A stretch of DNA of 64,000 nucleotides. Origin: Planktothrix sp. GU0601_MAG3 (lineage in GTDB: Bacteria > Cyanobacteriota > Cyanobacteriia > Cyanobacteriales > Microcoleaceae). Position numbers and translations under genes: made by a program. Shown here piece by piece: positions 39,801 to 54,525 of this stretch; positions within the stretch are counted from its first letter, which is position 1, and each line of letters begins with the position of its first letter. The notes under the pieces are model-generated. The model searched no databases. It worked only from the letters and a program-made list of their open reading frames with translations, and was not told the origin of the DNA. The stretch is from assembly GCA_035193785.1 (NCBI GenBank), contig CP136572.1, positions 2,516,578-2,580,577 on the forward strand, read 5' to 3'.

Positions 39801-41618
39801 GCTTTGAGAATGCCCAATAATCCCACAATCATTTCTAAGGAACGTTCCACACAAATCCCGACCAAGGTATTAGTTTTTACTCCTAAAGATTTCAGGTAAT
39901 GGGCTAATTGATTCGATTTTTGATTTAACTGTTGATAGCTCAGAGATTCCTGTTCATAAATAATTGCTATGGCATCGGGATTTTTAGCAACTTGTTCTTC
40001 AAATAATTGGTGAATACACTGATCATTGGGATAGGGGCTTTCGGTTTGATTCCAGTCCACCAATAATTGCTGTTTTTCCGCTTCCGTTAAGATCGGTAAT
40101 TCCCCTACTCGTTGCTGAGGATTGGTGACAATACCCTTTAATAATGTTTGAAAATGACCCACCAGACGAGTAATTCTTTCGGCGGTAAAAAGATCACTAC
40201 TGTATTCCCAAAAACCCTCTAAATAAGTTCCTTTTTCTGTTTCTGTTTCTTCTAAAACGAGACTGAGATCAAATTTTACCCTGACATTTTCTACGGCTAG
40301 GGATGTCGCCTTGAGACCGGGTAAGTTTAATTCTCCTAAAGGAGCATTTTGTAAGGCAAATATTACCTGAAATAAGGGATTATAACTTAAACTTCGCTCT
40401 ATTTGTAAAACATCTACAACCTGTTCAAAGGGAACATCCTGGTTAGCGTAAGCTCCTAAAACACCCTGGCGAACCTGTTGTAATAATTCCCCAAAAGTCG
40501 GATTGCCTTGCAGGGAATTTCGCAGGACTAAACTATTAACAAAAAAGCCCATTAGGGGTTCAATTTCTTGGCGATTACGGTTAGCAACAGGTGTGCCAAT
40601 CAGAATATCTTCTTGATGACTATAACGAAATAGTAACGTCGTGAAAGCAGCCAGCAAAGTCATAAATAGGGTCACACCCGACCTTTGACTCAGGGTTTTA
40701 AGTTTATCGGTGAGATCGGGGTCAATTTGAAAGCTCAGGGTATGACCTTGAAAGGTCGGAATAGAAGGTCGGGGTAGATCGGTGGGAAGTTCTAATAAAG
40801 GCGGAGCATCGGCTAATTTTTTGTGCCAATAATTAAGTTGATTTTCTAGGATTTCTCCTTGTAACCATTGTCGTTGCCAAACTGCAAAATCCGCATATTG
40901 AATAGGTAGTTTAGGTAAATTTGAAGGAGTTCCCGATAGAAATGTTTGATAAAAATAAGATAATTCTTTAAAGAAAATACCTTTTGACCAACCATCAATA
41001 ATAATGTGATGAATAACTGGCACTAAAATATAAGATTCTTGACCCAAATCCAAGAGGGTAAATCGTACTAGGGGAGGTTGGGTTAAGTCAAAGGGTTTTT
41101 GCAGTTTCTTGAGCCACTTTTTCCTTAACTTTGGCGATCGCTAAATGGGCGACATCCACAACAAATAATTTAATTTTCAGAAAAGGTGCAATTTTCTGGA
41201 CGGGTTTACCGTCAATCATCGGAAAAGTTGTCCGCAGAATTTCGTGGCGTTCAATAATAGCATTAAGACTTTGTTCTAAAACTTCAATATTGAGATTGCC
41301 CGTTAGACGAATAGTTGGACTTTCATTATAGGCAGGATTTTGACTATCCATCTGATGGAGAAACCACATTCTTTGTTGAGCAAAAGAGAGGGGTAAATCT
41401 CCATCCCTAGCAACGGGAGTAATAGCTAATTCACTGGTAGGAGCAGATATTTTCGCCATGTTTAAAAAGGCAATAATTTCTGGCTTTCTGTTGCCAATTT
41501 CTTGCTTGATTTCGGCGGTCATCACTCCCGGAGGAGCCTGATATTTTAACTTTTCTGCCTCTAGCCAAAGTTTGATTTCTAAAGTATTTAAGTAGGATAA
41601 AAAATCTACAATTTTCAT
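36835..41618 (-). CDS. aerB: NRPS docking-C-A-T-E module (~1592 aa joined)
   Basis: HHIIIDG; pocket code DAFFLGVTF; LGGDSI; E domain HHLAVDGVSW, EGHGRE, RTVGWFT; joined across 41104, 39015, 38186, 37100. Confidence 0.9.
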
Positions 41619-44600
41619 AATTCTCCTTGTTCGTAATCCGCTTTTGTTTCTGTCATCAGGATTTGATGATTTCGTACTGTATTAAGTACCTCAATAGTTT
41701 GAGTTAAACTGGCAATTGTTGGGTATTCTAATAAACTTTGCAATGATAATTCAACCGAGAAAATATCCTGCAAACGAGATATTACTTGACTGGCAAGCAG
41801 AGAATGTCCTCCCAGTTCAAAAAAATTATCGTTAATACTTATTTTGGATAAATTTAGCACGTTTTGCCAAATTTGAGCCATTTTATTTTCCGCCTCATTT
41901 CTTGGTGCTATCCATTCCCTATTCTCTTGACGCTGAAGTTCATTAAGTAATTGTTCCCTATCTATTTCACCTTTGTCATTTAGGGGCAGGGATTGTCGCG
42001 GACGCAATTCACAGTTATAGGGAGTTCCAAAGTGATCTTTTAGGAGCAAATTAGCCGCTAAATTAATAGATTTAGTAGAATGTTTGGAGGTGTAATAAGC
42101 GGTTAATTTTTGTAATCCTTCAGACCGGGATATAAAACGCCTAATTTTAGGATTACTACCTTCTAAACCAATAATTAACTGTTCTTGGTTATGATATAAT
42201 CCAGCTAAAAATGAATTTAATCCTTGCTGCACAGTCATATCATAATAACCCTGAGCTTGGGTTAAATATTTCATCTGGTAGCCTTTACTTATACCTGTTT
42301 CTTGCCAAGTTGTCCAACTATAACAATAACTAGGAAACAAATTTTGAGATTTTTGATAGTCGTTTAGATGTTCTAAAAAACTATTAGCAGCAGCATATCC
42401 TCCAATAGTTGCACCACCAAAAAAACTAGCTAAAGAGGAAAAACTAATAAAAATTCCCTGGGTTTCTTTGAGTAGTTGATGCAATATCCAAGTTCCTAAT
42501 ACTTTGGGACGAAGGATTTCTGCTAAATTTTGTTTGGTTTCGTTTAGAAGTAAATTTTCTTGGTAAATTCCTGCTAGATGAATCACCCCATCTAGTTTCC
42601 CCTTGCCATTGCGCTTTCACCTGTTCTACCGCTTGCTGTAACTGAGTTAAATTAGCCACATCTACCGCTTGATAAATAACTTCTCCCCCCAGTTGTTCTA
42701 ATGCTTGTAGATTCTTAATTTTTAAGGCATACTCATCTTCTTTTTTGAGATGCTCATCCCATCTGTTTTTCTCAGGTAAGGAGGTTTTTCCTATCAACAG
42801 TAAACGAGCTTGATAATTTTTTAGTAAATATTTGGTAATTTCTATTCCAATTCCTCCCAGTCCCCCAGTAATTAAATAGATTCCTCCTGGTTTAAACGGT
42901 AATTCTTGTTCTGTTTGTTGGGATAAATTGACTTTTTCTAAGCCCGTTATCAAACGGATTCCCCGGCGATAGGCAATTTCTCTTTCCCTTGATAAAACTA
43001 ACAATTCTTGCAGAATATAAGCCCCATTTACTTCCGAATTATTGACAGGTAAATCAAGGTGACGACTGTTTAACCAAGGGTTTTCTTGAGCTAGGGTTTT
43101 GATAATTCCTAAAACGGGGGATTTTTGATATGCAATATCATCTTTAGGATCAACTAATTGACTATAACTTGAAACAAAAAGTAGTTCAACTGTTTTTTCC
43201 GTATCATGAATTTTAGCTAGGGCTTGCACCAGAAATAGTAGGCTATAAATTCCCTGCTCCTGTGCCTTTTCTAGTTGTTCTATACTGGCAATTTCTCCTT
43301 GATATTCTTGATATTCTACCAGGTACAGAACATTGCTAATAGTGATTTTTTGCTCCGCTAAAGACTCCATTAATAGTCTATAGTGTTCTGTTTCTCCAGG
43401 TTTTATTGTATAGCGATCGCTACTTAATTTAGAAAAATTATCTGCCGATAAAACCGTTATATAGGGTAAGTTTTTTGCTGTGAGTTGCTCAGTTAAAAAT
43501 TCTCCTAAACCCAACTGATCAAGGAAAATTAAGGTGTAATTTTCACCGAAGGCTGACTTAAGATTAACCGGATATTTGGCTTTCCAAACTTTCCGATAAA
43601 ACCAATCTGGAATTGTATTGGCATTTTCTAAGACAATATCTAATTCTTTAATAATTGGCTTAAATTCACCTGTTTCAAACCGTTTAGTTAACTGCGATCG
43701 CTGAATTTTACCAATAGAAGTTTTAGGAATTTCATTTTTATTTAAGGGAATTAAATATTTCGGATTAACTCCAAAACTGTTAATTACTTTTTGTCTAATC
43801 TTTTTCAGCAGGGCAGCTAAATCATCTTTATCAAAGGTTTCTGCACTAAAAAATAAGGCTAATTGATCCGAATTATTTCCCGATTCTTTAACAGCACAAG
43901 CTGCGGTATAAGAGGCTTCTACTCCTTCTATTGTTTCAACTACTGTTTCAATTTCGTGACTGTAATAATTAACCCCGTTAATAATAATAGTTTCTTTACT
44001 TCTTCCGGTAATTACCAGATGTCCATGACTAATAAATCCTAAATCTCCTGTCTTAAACCAGCCATCTTCTAAGAAGGCTTCTTGATTAGCTTTAGGATTT
44101 TTATAATAACCTGGTGAAACCGAGTCTCCTTTTACCTGTAAATGACCAATTGTTTCTTCGGGAAGTAGATCATTTTCTTGATTGACAATTCTAATAGAAA
44201 TACCGGAAATTGGCAATCCTAAATCAGTAAAAGTTGTGGCATTAGGATGTTCAGAATGGACTCGTTTTAAGGATTGATTTAAAGAAGATTTATCAATGGT
44301 ATGAAACAATAAAGGTTGTTCATCTGTTGGTTGATAATAGGTAATTCCTGACCCCATTTCTGCCATACCAAAAGCCGGACGGACGGCGGTTTTTTTCAAA
44401 TTATAGTGCCGATGAAGTTTATCAATAAACTCCCCTACCGCTTGATTAGAAACCGATTCTCCAGCGACTAAAAAGAATTTAATAGAGTCTAAATTCCAAA
44501 CTTGGGAAGGTTCTTTTGTCAGGGCTTCATTAATAAGATTATAGGCAAAATTAGGAGCCCAACTATGGGTTATACGGTATTGATTAATTAAATCTAACCA

Positions 44601-45911
44601 ATTTAAAGGACGACCCAAGATATATTCAGTTTGTACATATATCATTTGGCAACCTAAATCAACACAGCGAATATGCCAATCAGAAATACTACCAATATGG
44701 TCAAAGGGTAACCAATTGAGGATAATATCTTTGTTATTATATTTACAAAGTAGGTTAGTCCCTCTAGCACGAGAGAGAAGGTTTTTATGGGTTAAGGAGA
44801 CACATTTAGAAATTCCCGTGCTACCTGATGTCAGGTTAAAGAAAGCCAAATCATCGGGTTGATTTATATGATAAGTTTGGGCGGGAGTATGGGTTTTTAA
44901 TTGCTCAATACAACTGATTTTTAAGGTTTGATTGGATAGCCATTTTTCTAAAGTTTTTACTTCCGGTTGTCTGGCTTCATTGGTAATAATTAGGGGTTTG
45001 TCTAATAGCTCCCATACCTGACAAATCTTATTAATTTCATTATTAAAATCTTTGTAGGTTGGTGGGACTGGGATAATAACAGGAATAAAGCCCCCCAAAA
45101 TACATCCCCAAAAAGCAGGAATAATATCACAATTTTCTGATAGCTGAAAAATAACTTTATCTTGAACCTGCAAACCAATTTTTTTTAATCCGGTGTTGAT
45201 TCTTTGGGCTTCATCCCATAATTGGGAGTAGGTTTGAAAAACCCGAGAATCGTTATTTTTAATATAAATAATTCCCTGATTTTGATAATTTTGAGCCGAT
45301 TTTAAGAGTGCTTCTGCTAAGGTTTTTGGTTGTAATTCAGACTCTATTAAAGTTTTTCCATGACTGATAGCAAGTTGGGAACTAGAAGATTGACTTGGTT
45401 GATGGATATTTTCTTCAAATTGTTGATTTTTTTCTGTGACTGTTTCCCGTTCTTTTAATGGTAGCAATTCCGACAAATGTAGAGGGGAACTTTTTTCGGT
45501 TTTGGATGTGACTACTACGGCAACTTGTTCAATTTCTGGCAAAGATTTTAGTTTGTTTTCGGTATATTGTGCCAAACTTAAATCGGCAATTTCTATATTT
45601 TTTAGGGCTATTTCATCTACATAACCTGTAGCCGTCAAGGGCAAACAGGAAATACCAACATAAATACTTGGTAGTAAATTATCTGATAATTTTGACTGTA
45701 CAAAAGAGGATAACTGTTCTGGGTTAACGATTCCAGAATAAACGATATAAGCGATTAATTCACCCTCACGCGCTAGTAAATAGCAATCTTCTACTAATGG
45801 ATTTGATAACAATAAGGCTGCTATTTTTTGATAATTTAATTGTGAATTTGTTTTATTAGAATCTCCTAACCATGTTGAATTTTCTACGGAATCTTGTTTG
45901 CTGTTAATCAT
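41615..45911 (-). CDS. aerA: Loading module A-KR-T (aryl keto acid to aryl-lactate starter; ~1431 aa joined)
   Basis: TSGSTGISK, WLPFDHIG, KR ITGGLGGIG and YAAAN, LGGHSL; joined across 42595. Confidence 0.88.
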
Positions 45912-46017
45912 AGGTAAAAATGATAAATAAATTACGTCTATTAGGATTGCTATATAATTTGCCAAGAAAAATCCCTCCATAGCAACACAGAGGGATAGAG
46001 ATAATCAGTTATCAGTT

Positions 46018-46078
46018 GTAGGGGCGGGTTCATCAAGATTTAGGTGATCAACAAAGCTCTAAAAGAACCCGCCCGTAC
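46018..46078 (+). repeat. GTAG-headed REP-like element with terminal inverted repeats
   Basis: GTAGGGGCGGGTTC ... GAACCCGCCCGTAC. Confidence 0.75.
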
Positions 46079-46079
46079 C

Positions 46080-46160
46080 AGTTATTAGTTATTAGTTATT
46101 AGTTATTAATTAACTAACTCTTAAACTGATAACCCTTAAACTGATAACTCTTAAACTGAT
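46080..46160. repeat. (AGTTATT)n heptamers plus a 15-bp tandem repeat
   Basis: AGTTATT x4; CTTAAACTGATAACY x~3. Confidence 0.8.
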
Positions 46161-46161
46161 T

Positions 46162-48974
<2,813 letters not shown>

Positions 48975-49090
48975 TTAAACGGATTAGTTTTGGCTGAATC
49001 GCCCTTGCTATTTCAACCCTATCCTCGCTTGAGTTGTTGCCAATTTAATCTTTCAGATTAAAATAATTTTGGTTAATTAACCAAACATTT

Positions 49091-49266
49091 TTGACATCTT
49101 CCCGACACCAACCCTTGGCTAATGGTGCGGGATTCCCAAGCCTCACGACTTGGGTTTCTGCTTCCGTCCCTTGCGGGTTTTCGCACCCGCCAAAACAGAT
49201 TTACTCTGTTCTGGCCTTACGGTCGCTCCACAGACTGACACGGCAAGTCCTGCCGCCAAAATGTTA
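49091..49266 (-). mobile_element. IS200/IS605 remnant: tnpB 3' tail plus right end (omega-RNA scaffold region)
   Basis: Minus strand encodes NILAAGLAVSVCGATVRPEQSKSV..KQKPKS* then GAATCCCG..CGGGAAGATGTCAA. Confidence 0.8.
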
Positions 49267-49556
49267 AACGTTCCTTATAGTGCGGATCTTTTGGCTCCCA
49301 CTTTTGATAAAAAATCGTACCGACAATTATTGTATAGATTTGAGTGAAGTTATCTGAGAAAAAAGAATAAGTTTTGTTACGTTGGGGCTGCTGACGGTTA
49401 GCAGTTGTTGGTTAAGCACCGCTCAAAAGCAAATTTTTGGTATGGCAGTGCTTCAGATTGTTAGGAGGCGATTATACCACCAAACCGGATCAGATTCAGA
49501 CTTTTCCTCAAAAATACCCCTAGCCAGATTACCTATTATCGTACAATCTATTTTTA

Positions 49557-52500
49557 TTACCTTGGATAAAAAGGCATTCTAGGAGGTGCTGTTTTCCAGA
49601 TTAATTCGATTTCTTCTGGGGTTAATTGATAGGCTTGATTGACTAAATCGGATAACCGTTTTTCTAGGTTTAGTGCTTCTTGTTTGCGAGTTTGAATGTC
49701 TGGTACATATTCGTTATAGGCTTCTCGAATTGATTTTAACCCTTTGACTCCCAAGGGGTCGGATGATTTACTTTTGGGTAATTGTTTGATCACTTCTTCG
49801 ATTAATTCTTCAAAATTGAGATCAGCAAAGTTTTCTAATTTTCGACTAATTTTTTTAACTTTATATTGGATTTGTAGCCAGGTTAAAACATCATCGTTAG
49901 CGGTTTGATTGGTCTTTGTGATCTCAATTAATCGAGTAACAATTAATTCAACTTCATCACGAATTTGATCGGTTGGGGGTGCAATTGGAAGGCTTTCAAA
50001 TAAATATCCCATTGGGCTGATCGAATTTGATAGCATTCCTGTAAAAATTCGATAACTATACCACCAAATAAGAGGAGAGTTAAGCCATCCCAGTAAATAT
50101 TTATCAGACTTAGGGAGGATAAATGTCTTATCATTTCCATATAAACCAGAGTCATCAAAGGCATATTGTGGTAAAGTCTGAATAACTTGATAAATTAGTT
50201 TTTCAGCTTCAAACTTATTATAATAAGAACAAGATCGTAATTCCCACCAATATTTTCCTTGATCTCTTCGCTGCCGGAGTTTATTTTCCAAAGGTTTCAT
50301 ATACTGATGTATAGATGGGAAAGTTTGAGCAAATACATTTTCTGCATCATCTTTCGCGTTGCTCCATAACCATATATGATCGTTGCTGGATTTTAATAAT
50401 ATAATCCATACATTTTGCCATTCAGGACTCCACCGTTTAATATCCTGACCTCGTAAATAAGGTTTAATAATTTCGGCGGATTTTGGGTCAGCTTGAACAA
50501 TTTTATTTTTAGTTTCCTCATCAATTAAAAAGGCTTCATTTAACCCTGTTAGTATACCTCGATAGGGTTTGACCCCGGCGAAATCTCTCAGAGGAATTCC
50601 CACACGCTGAATTTTTTTCATTAACTCCTCAACGTCTGGACGCTCTAAACTCCAAGATTCCGCCGTAAACCTTGACCAAGCAACATCATAACCTTCATTT
50701 TGGACATATTGAGTTAAATTAATATTAACTAATTTTTCTCTCGGAACTGGACAGAGTTTAACATTAAATTCAGAAGGAATAGAGGTTTTTAGTTCAGTAG
50801 TTTCAGTTGGAGACAGAGATATTTTATAAACAGATATAATACAGGGAAAAGTATCTGCATCCTCAAAAATTGGGGCGTGTCCAAAATCAATAATTTGCTC
50901 AAAGGTGCTATTTTCAATAAAAAACCGCCGCAAGGGTTCACCATAACCCGCTTTTAGCCATTTATTAGTAACAATATAAGATAATTTTCCGGCGGGTTTG
51001 AGGATATTCAACCCTTTTTCATAGAAATAAACGTATAAGTCAGCTACCCCATTATAGGATTGATAATGCTGTTTTAAATAGGGTTTAATTGGGGATAATA
51101 ATTCTTGTCGCACATAGGGAGGATTTCCAATTACCACATCAAACCCCCCGTTAGCAAATACTTGAGGAAATTCTGTTTCCCAGTTAAAGGGTTTATCGGT
51201 AAATTCAGCATCAGCAACAATAGAATTACCTTGTTTAATATTATCATCTAAATCCGTTAAGGATTTTCCCGGTTTCCGCCGTTTTTAACCAAAGAGATAA
51301 TTTAGTGATTTCTACCGACTCCGCCGATAAATCAACCCCATATAAGTTTTGAGTTAAAATCATTGTATCTAAACGTTCTAACTCTGTTTCTGGTGTTGTT
51401 ACTAGGGAAGATAAGGCTTGATTGACTCGTTGATATTCTTGGAATAAATAATCAAAAGCCGCGATTAAAAATGCCCCAGAACCGCAAGCGGGATCACAAA
51501 CTTTGGTTTGTTTTAAAACTTGATCTCGATAGGTTTCCCAAAATTGAATTTCTGCCTGATTTTGTTGCTTTTTGTTGGTTTTTGTGGTAATATTTAATTG
51601 AAAGCGATCGCGCAATTCATCTTCTTTTTGTTTGAGATATCCACCCAAAGCTACCCGCACAATATATTGAGTAATAAACGCCGGAGTATAAAAAATTCCT
51701 TGGGTTTTGCGTTTCCCTGATTTTTGGTTAAATTCCTGGGTTTGAGTTTTAGCTTTTAATGCTTCTAAATCCGTAATTGATTGTTCAAAAATATGTCCTA
51801 AAATATCAACGGAAACCTCAGTTTCAAAGTCATATTTAGTTAAATTTTTGAGTTGTGTACACAGAGGGTCAGTAACCGTTAATTGTTCATCTAATAACGG
51901 ATCATGTTCAAATAAACCTCCGTTATAACCCGGAATTGGTGGATCTTCATTACCTTTATCAACCCAAGAAAATACTGATTTATAATTATCCCAAATGAAT
52001 CTAGGATTATAAGGATCTTTGTGATCATGGGCATTATTAAGGGTGTTTTTCGGTAATAATCCTCGATCTTGACAAAAAGCTAAAAACAAGATTCTGTCTA
52101 AGGTTTTTTGGGCTTTTTCAATTAAAATATTATCTCGATTTGGGAGATTTTTCGGCCCGGTGAAGCGAAAATGATTAACCAGATTAATCCTGACATTATG
52201 ATAATCTTGATAGAGTTGTTCTGTAATTTCTTCTTGGGCGATATCCGAATCAGCTAATAATCGATCAATAACCGATTGTTGTTGTCCGGTTTTGGGTAAA
52301 AAATTAGTCCTACAGAGTAAATAATAAAGTTTTTTGAAATTAGCGATCGCTTCCAATTCAGTTAATAAAAAGCGTTCAAAATAAGCCGGAGTTTTGCTAA
52401 TTTGATAAAGACGTAATTCTCGATAATTAGAGACAATCACCCAACGACAATTTTCTGTATAATTAGCATATTGCCATCCCTGTTCAACCGCAGAAAGTTT

Positions 52501-52896
52501 GCGTCCGGGTGCAGGTCGATCTAAATCATTTTTAGCATTTTTTAATTCAATAGGTGCAATAATTTTTCCCTGTAGTTTCCCTTCAATAGCCGTAAATAAT
52601 CCTAACGCACCATCCGCAAACCCACCCCCATCAGAAATTGTTTGTTCGGCGTGAATTTCCCAGTTTTTCCCCTCTCCTGAAATCACAGACCGATAGCCTA
52701 AAATATCCTGAAAAATATCTTTTAAAAAATCCCCCTGTAAAGACGTTTCTTTGACTTTTTCTAAAGTTCCCGCTTTGAGGGTTTTAATCCAACCTTGAAG
52801 AATATTATGACGGTCTAGCAAATCATCAGGAAAGGTAAAATTGCGGATAGCATTATTTAGGATTTTATTTTGAAATAAGGTTTTAGTTACTTGCAT
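49557..52896 (-). CDS. Type IIG-like fused restriction endonuclease / N6-adenine methyltransferase (~1112 aa joined)
   Basis: N-terminal AD..IELK nuclease motif, DPACGSGAFL, NPPY, C-terminal TRD; joined across 51272. Confidence 0.88.
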
Positions 52897-52987
52897 CTGT
52901 TTTCCTGAATAGAAAAATGTCAATCTTCTTAACATCAATCAAGGTTATTCTACAGCATAATAATAGTATTGAGTCAAAAATAATTTT

Positions 52988-54140
52988 ATGAATACAGTTT
53001 CTACCTCCATTGATAATAAAAACCGCATCATCCCCCCGGAATTGAATGTCCCGCCCCGTCTATTGTTGGGGCCAGGGCCATCCAATGCCAACCCCCGGGT
53101 ATTGCAGGCGCTGGCCATGTCCCCCGTCGGACACCTTGACCCCTATTTTCTGCAACTGATGGACGAGGTACAAACCCTGTTACGCTATGCTTGGCAAACC
53201 GATAACCCCATGACCATCCCCATGAGTGGGACGGGAAGCGCCGCCATGGAAGCGACTCTGGCGAATATCGTTGAAACCCGAGGACGTGGTTTTAGTGGCG
53301 GTGATGGGGTATTTTGGCCATCGTTTGGTGGACATGGCCGGCCGTTATCGGGCCGATGTGCGAAAATTAGTGAAACCTTGGGGCCGGGTTTTTAGTTTGG
53401 AAGAACTGCGCCAAGGGTTAGAAACCCATCGTCCCAAGGTGTTGGCCCTAGTTCATGCGGAAACCTCTACCGGCGCCTGTCAACCCTTGGAAGGTTTGGG
53501 GGAATTGTGTCGAGAATTTGATTGTTTGTTATTAGTTGATACCGTCACCAGTTTAGGGGCCGTGCCCTTATTTTTGGATACTTGGGGTGTGGATTTATCC
53601 TATAGTTGCAGTCAGAAAGGCTTAGGTTGTCCCCCTGGTTTGGGGCCGTTTACCATGAGTCCTCGGGCTGTTGAAATATTAAAAAAACGGCCGACAAAAG
53701 TGGCGAATTGGTATTTAGATGTTTCTCTGCTTTCTCAATATTGGGGTCAGGATCGAGTTTATCATCATACCGCCCCGGTTAATATGAATTATGGGTTTCG
53801 AGAAGCTCTCAGAATTTTAGCACAAGAAGGATTAGAAGCCAGTTGGAATCGTCATCTGACTAATGCTAAATTGTTATGGGAGGGGTTACATGATTTAGGA
53901 TTAGTTTGTCATGTTCCTGAAGATTATCGTTTACCGACATTAACAACAGTTCGTATTCCTGAAGGTGTTGATGGAAAAGCTATTTCTCGTCAACTTTTGA
54001 CGGAATATAATATTGAAATTGGCAATGGTTTAGGAGAATTAGCGGGTCAAGTTTGGCGAGTGGGACTGATGGGATATAATAGCCGACCTGAAAATGTTCT
54101 GTTATTATTATCCGCGTTAAAACGGGTTTTAAATCGTTAA
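52988..54140 (+). CDS. Alanine-glyoxylate / serine-pyruvate aminotransferase (class V)
   Basis: LLLGPGPS, HAETSTG, SCSQKGL, YHHT; joined across 53273. Confidence 0.92.
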
Positions 54141-54146
54141 ATTGTA

Positions 54147-54170
54147 GTAGTGCGAGCGTCCTCGCTCGCT
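54147..54170 (+). repeat. GTAG REP-like hairpin between convergent genes (possible terminator)
   Basis: GTAGTGCGAGCGTCCTCGCTCGC. Confidence 0.6.
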
Positions 54171-54202
54171 TGCTTTGATCAAGAATAGTCAACCGTTATT
54201 CT

Positions 54203-54451
54203 TCACTCTGGTTGAAAATGTTGTATTAATTGAGAACGTTTTTGATCCCACCATTCATCTGTTAACTCTATCGGTTCACCACTTTCTAACCCTTCTAATA
54301 ATAAAGATTCAACTCGTTCTATTTTTACTTGTTCTTGACGCAGCAAATCTAGGATATATTCGTTAGCATTAGCATAACCTCCTTTAGCAACTTGTTGTTC
54401 AACAAAAGTTTGAATTGACTCAGGGAGAGAAAGATTTAGTAAATTCATCAT
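54203..54451 (-). CDS. ParD-like ribbon-helix-helix antitoxin
   Basis: NLSLPESIQTFVEQQVAKGGY..EYILDLLR..LLLEGLESG. Confidence 0.8.
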   Translation of the reverse strand: MMNLLNLSLPESIQTFVEQQVAKGGYANANEYILDLLRQEQVKIERVESLLLEGLESGEPIELTDEWWDQKRSQLIQHFQPE

Positions 54452-54486
54452 CGTTTAACCTCTGATTTTAGATTTACAGTTTAGAC

Positions 54487-54518
54487 AGAAACCCAGTTTC
54501 TCAGAAACCGGGTTTCTT
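54487..54518. repeat. AGAAACCC..GTTTCT doublet palindromic repeat
   Basis: AGAAACCCAGTTTCTCAGAAACCGGGTTTCT. Confidence 0.65.
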
Positions 54519-54525
54519 GAAGCAA

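Noticed and set aside
49150..49582. Two short plus-strand ORFs
   Set aside because: One is antisense to the tnpB remnant and neither has recognisable features
54487..54518. GAAAC/GTTTC here as further insertion artefacts
   Set aside because: They form a symmetric natural palindromic repeat and are intergenic, so they cannot be tested by reading frame
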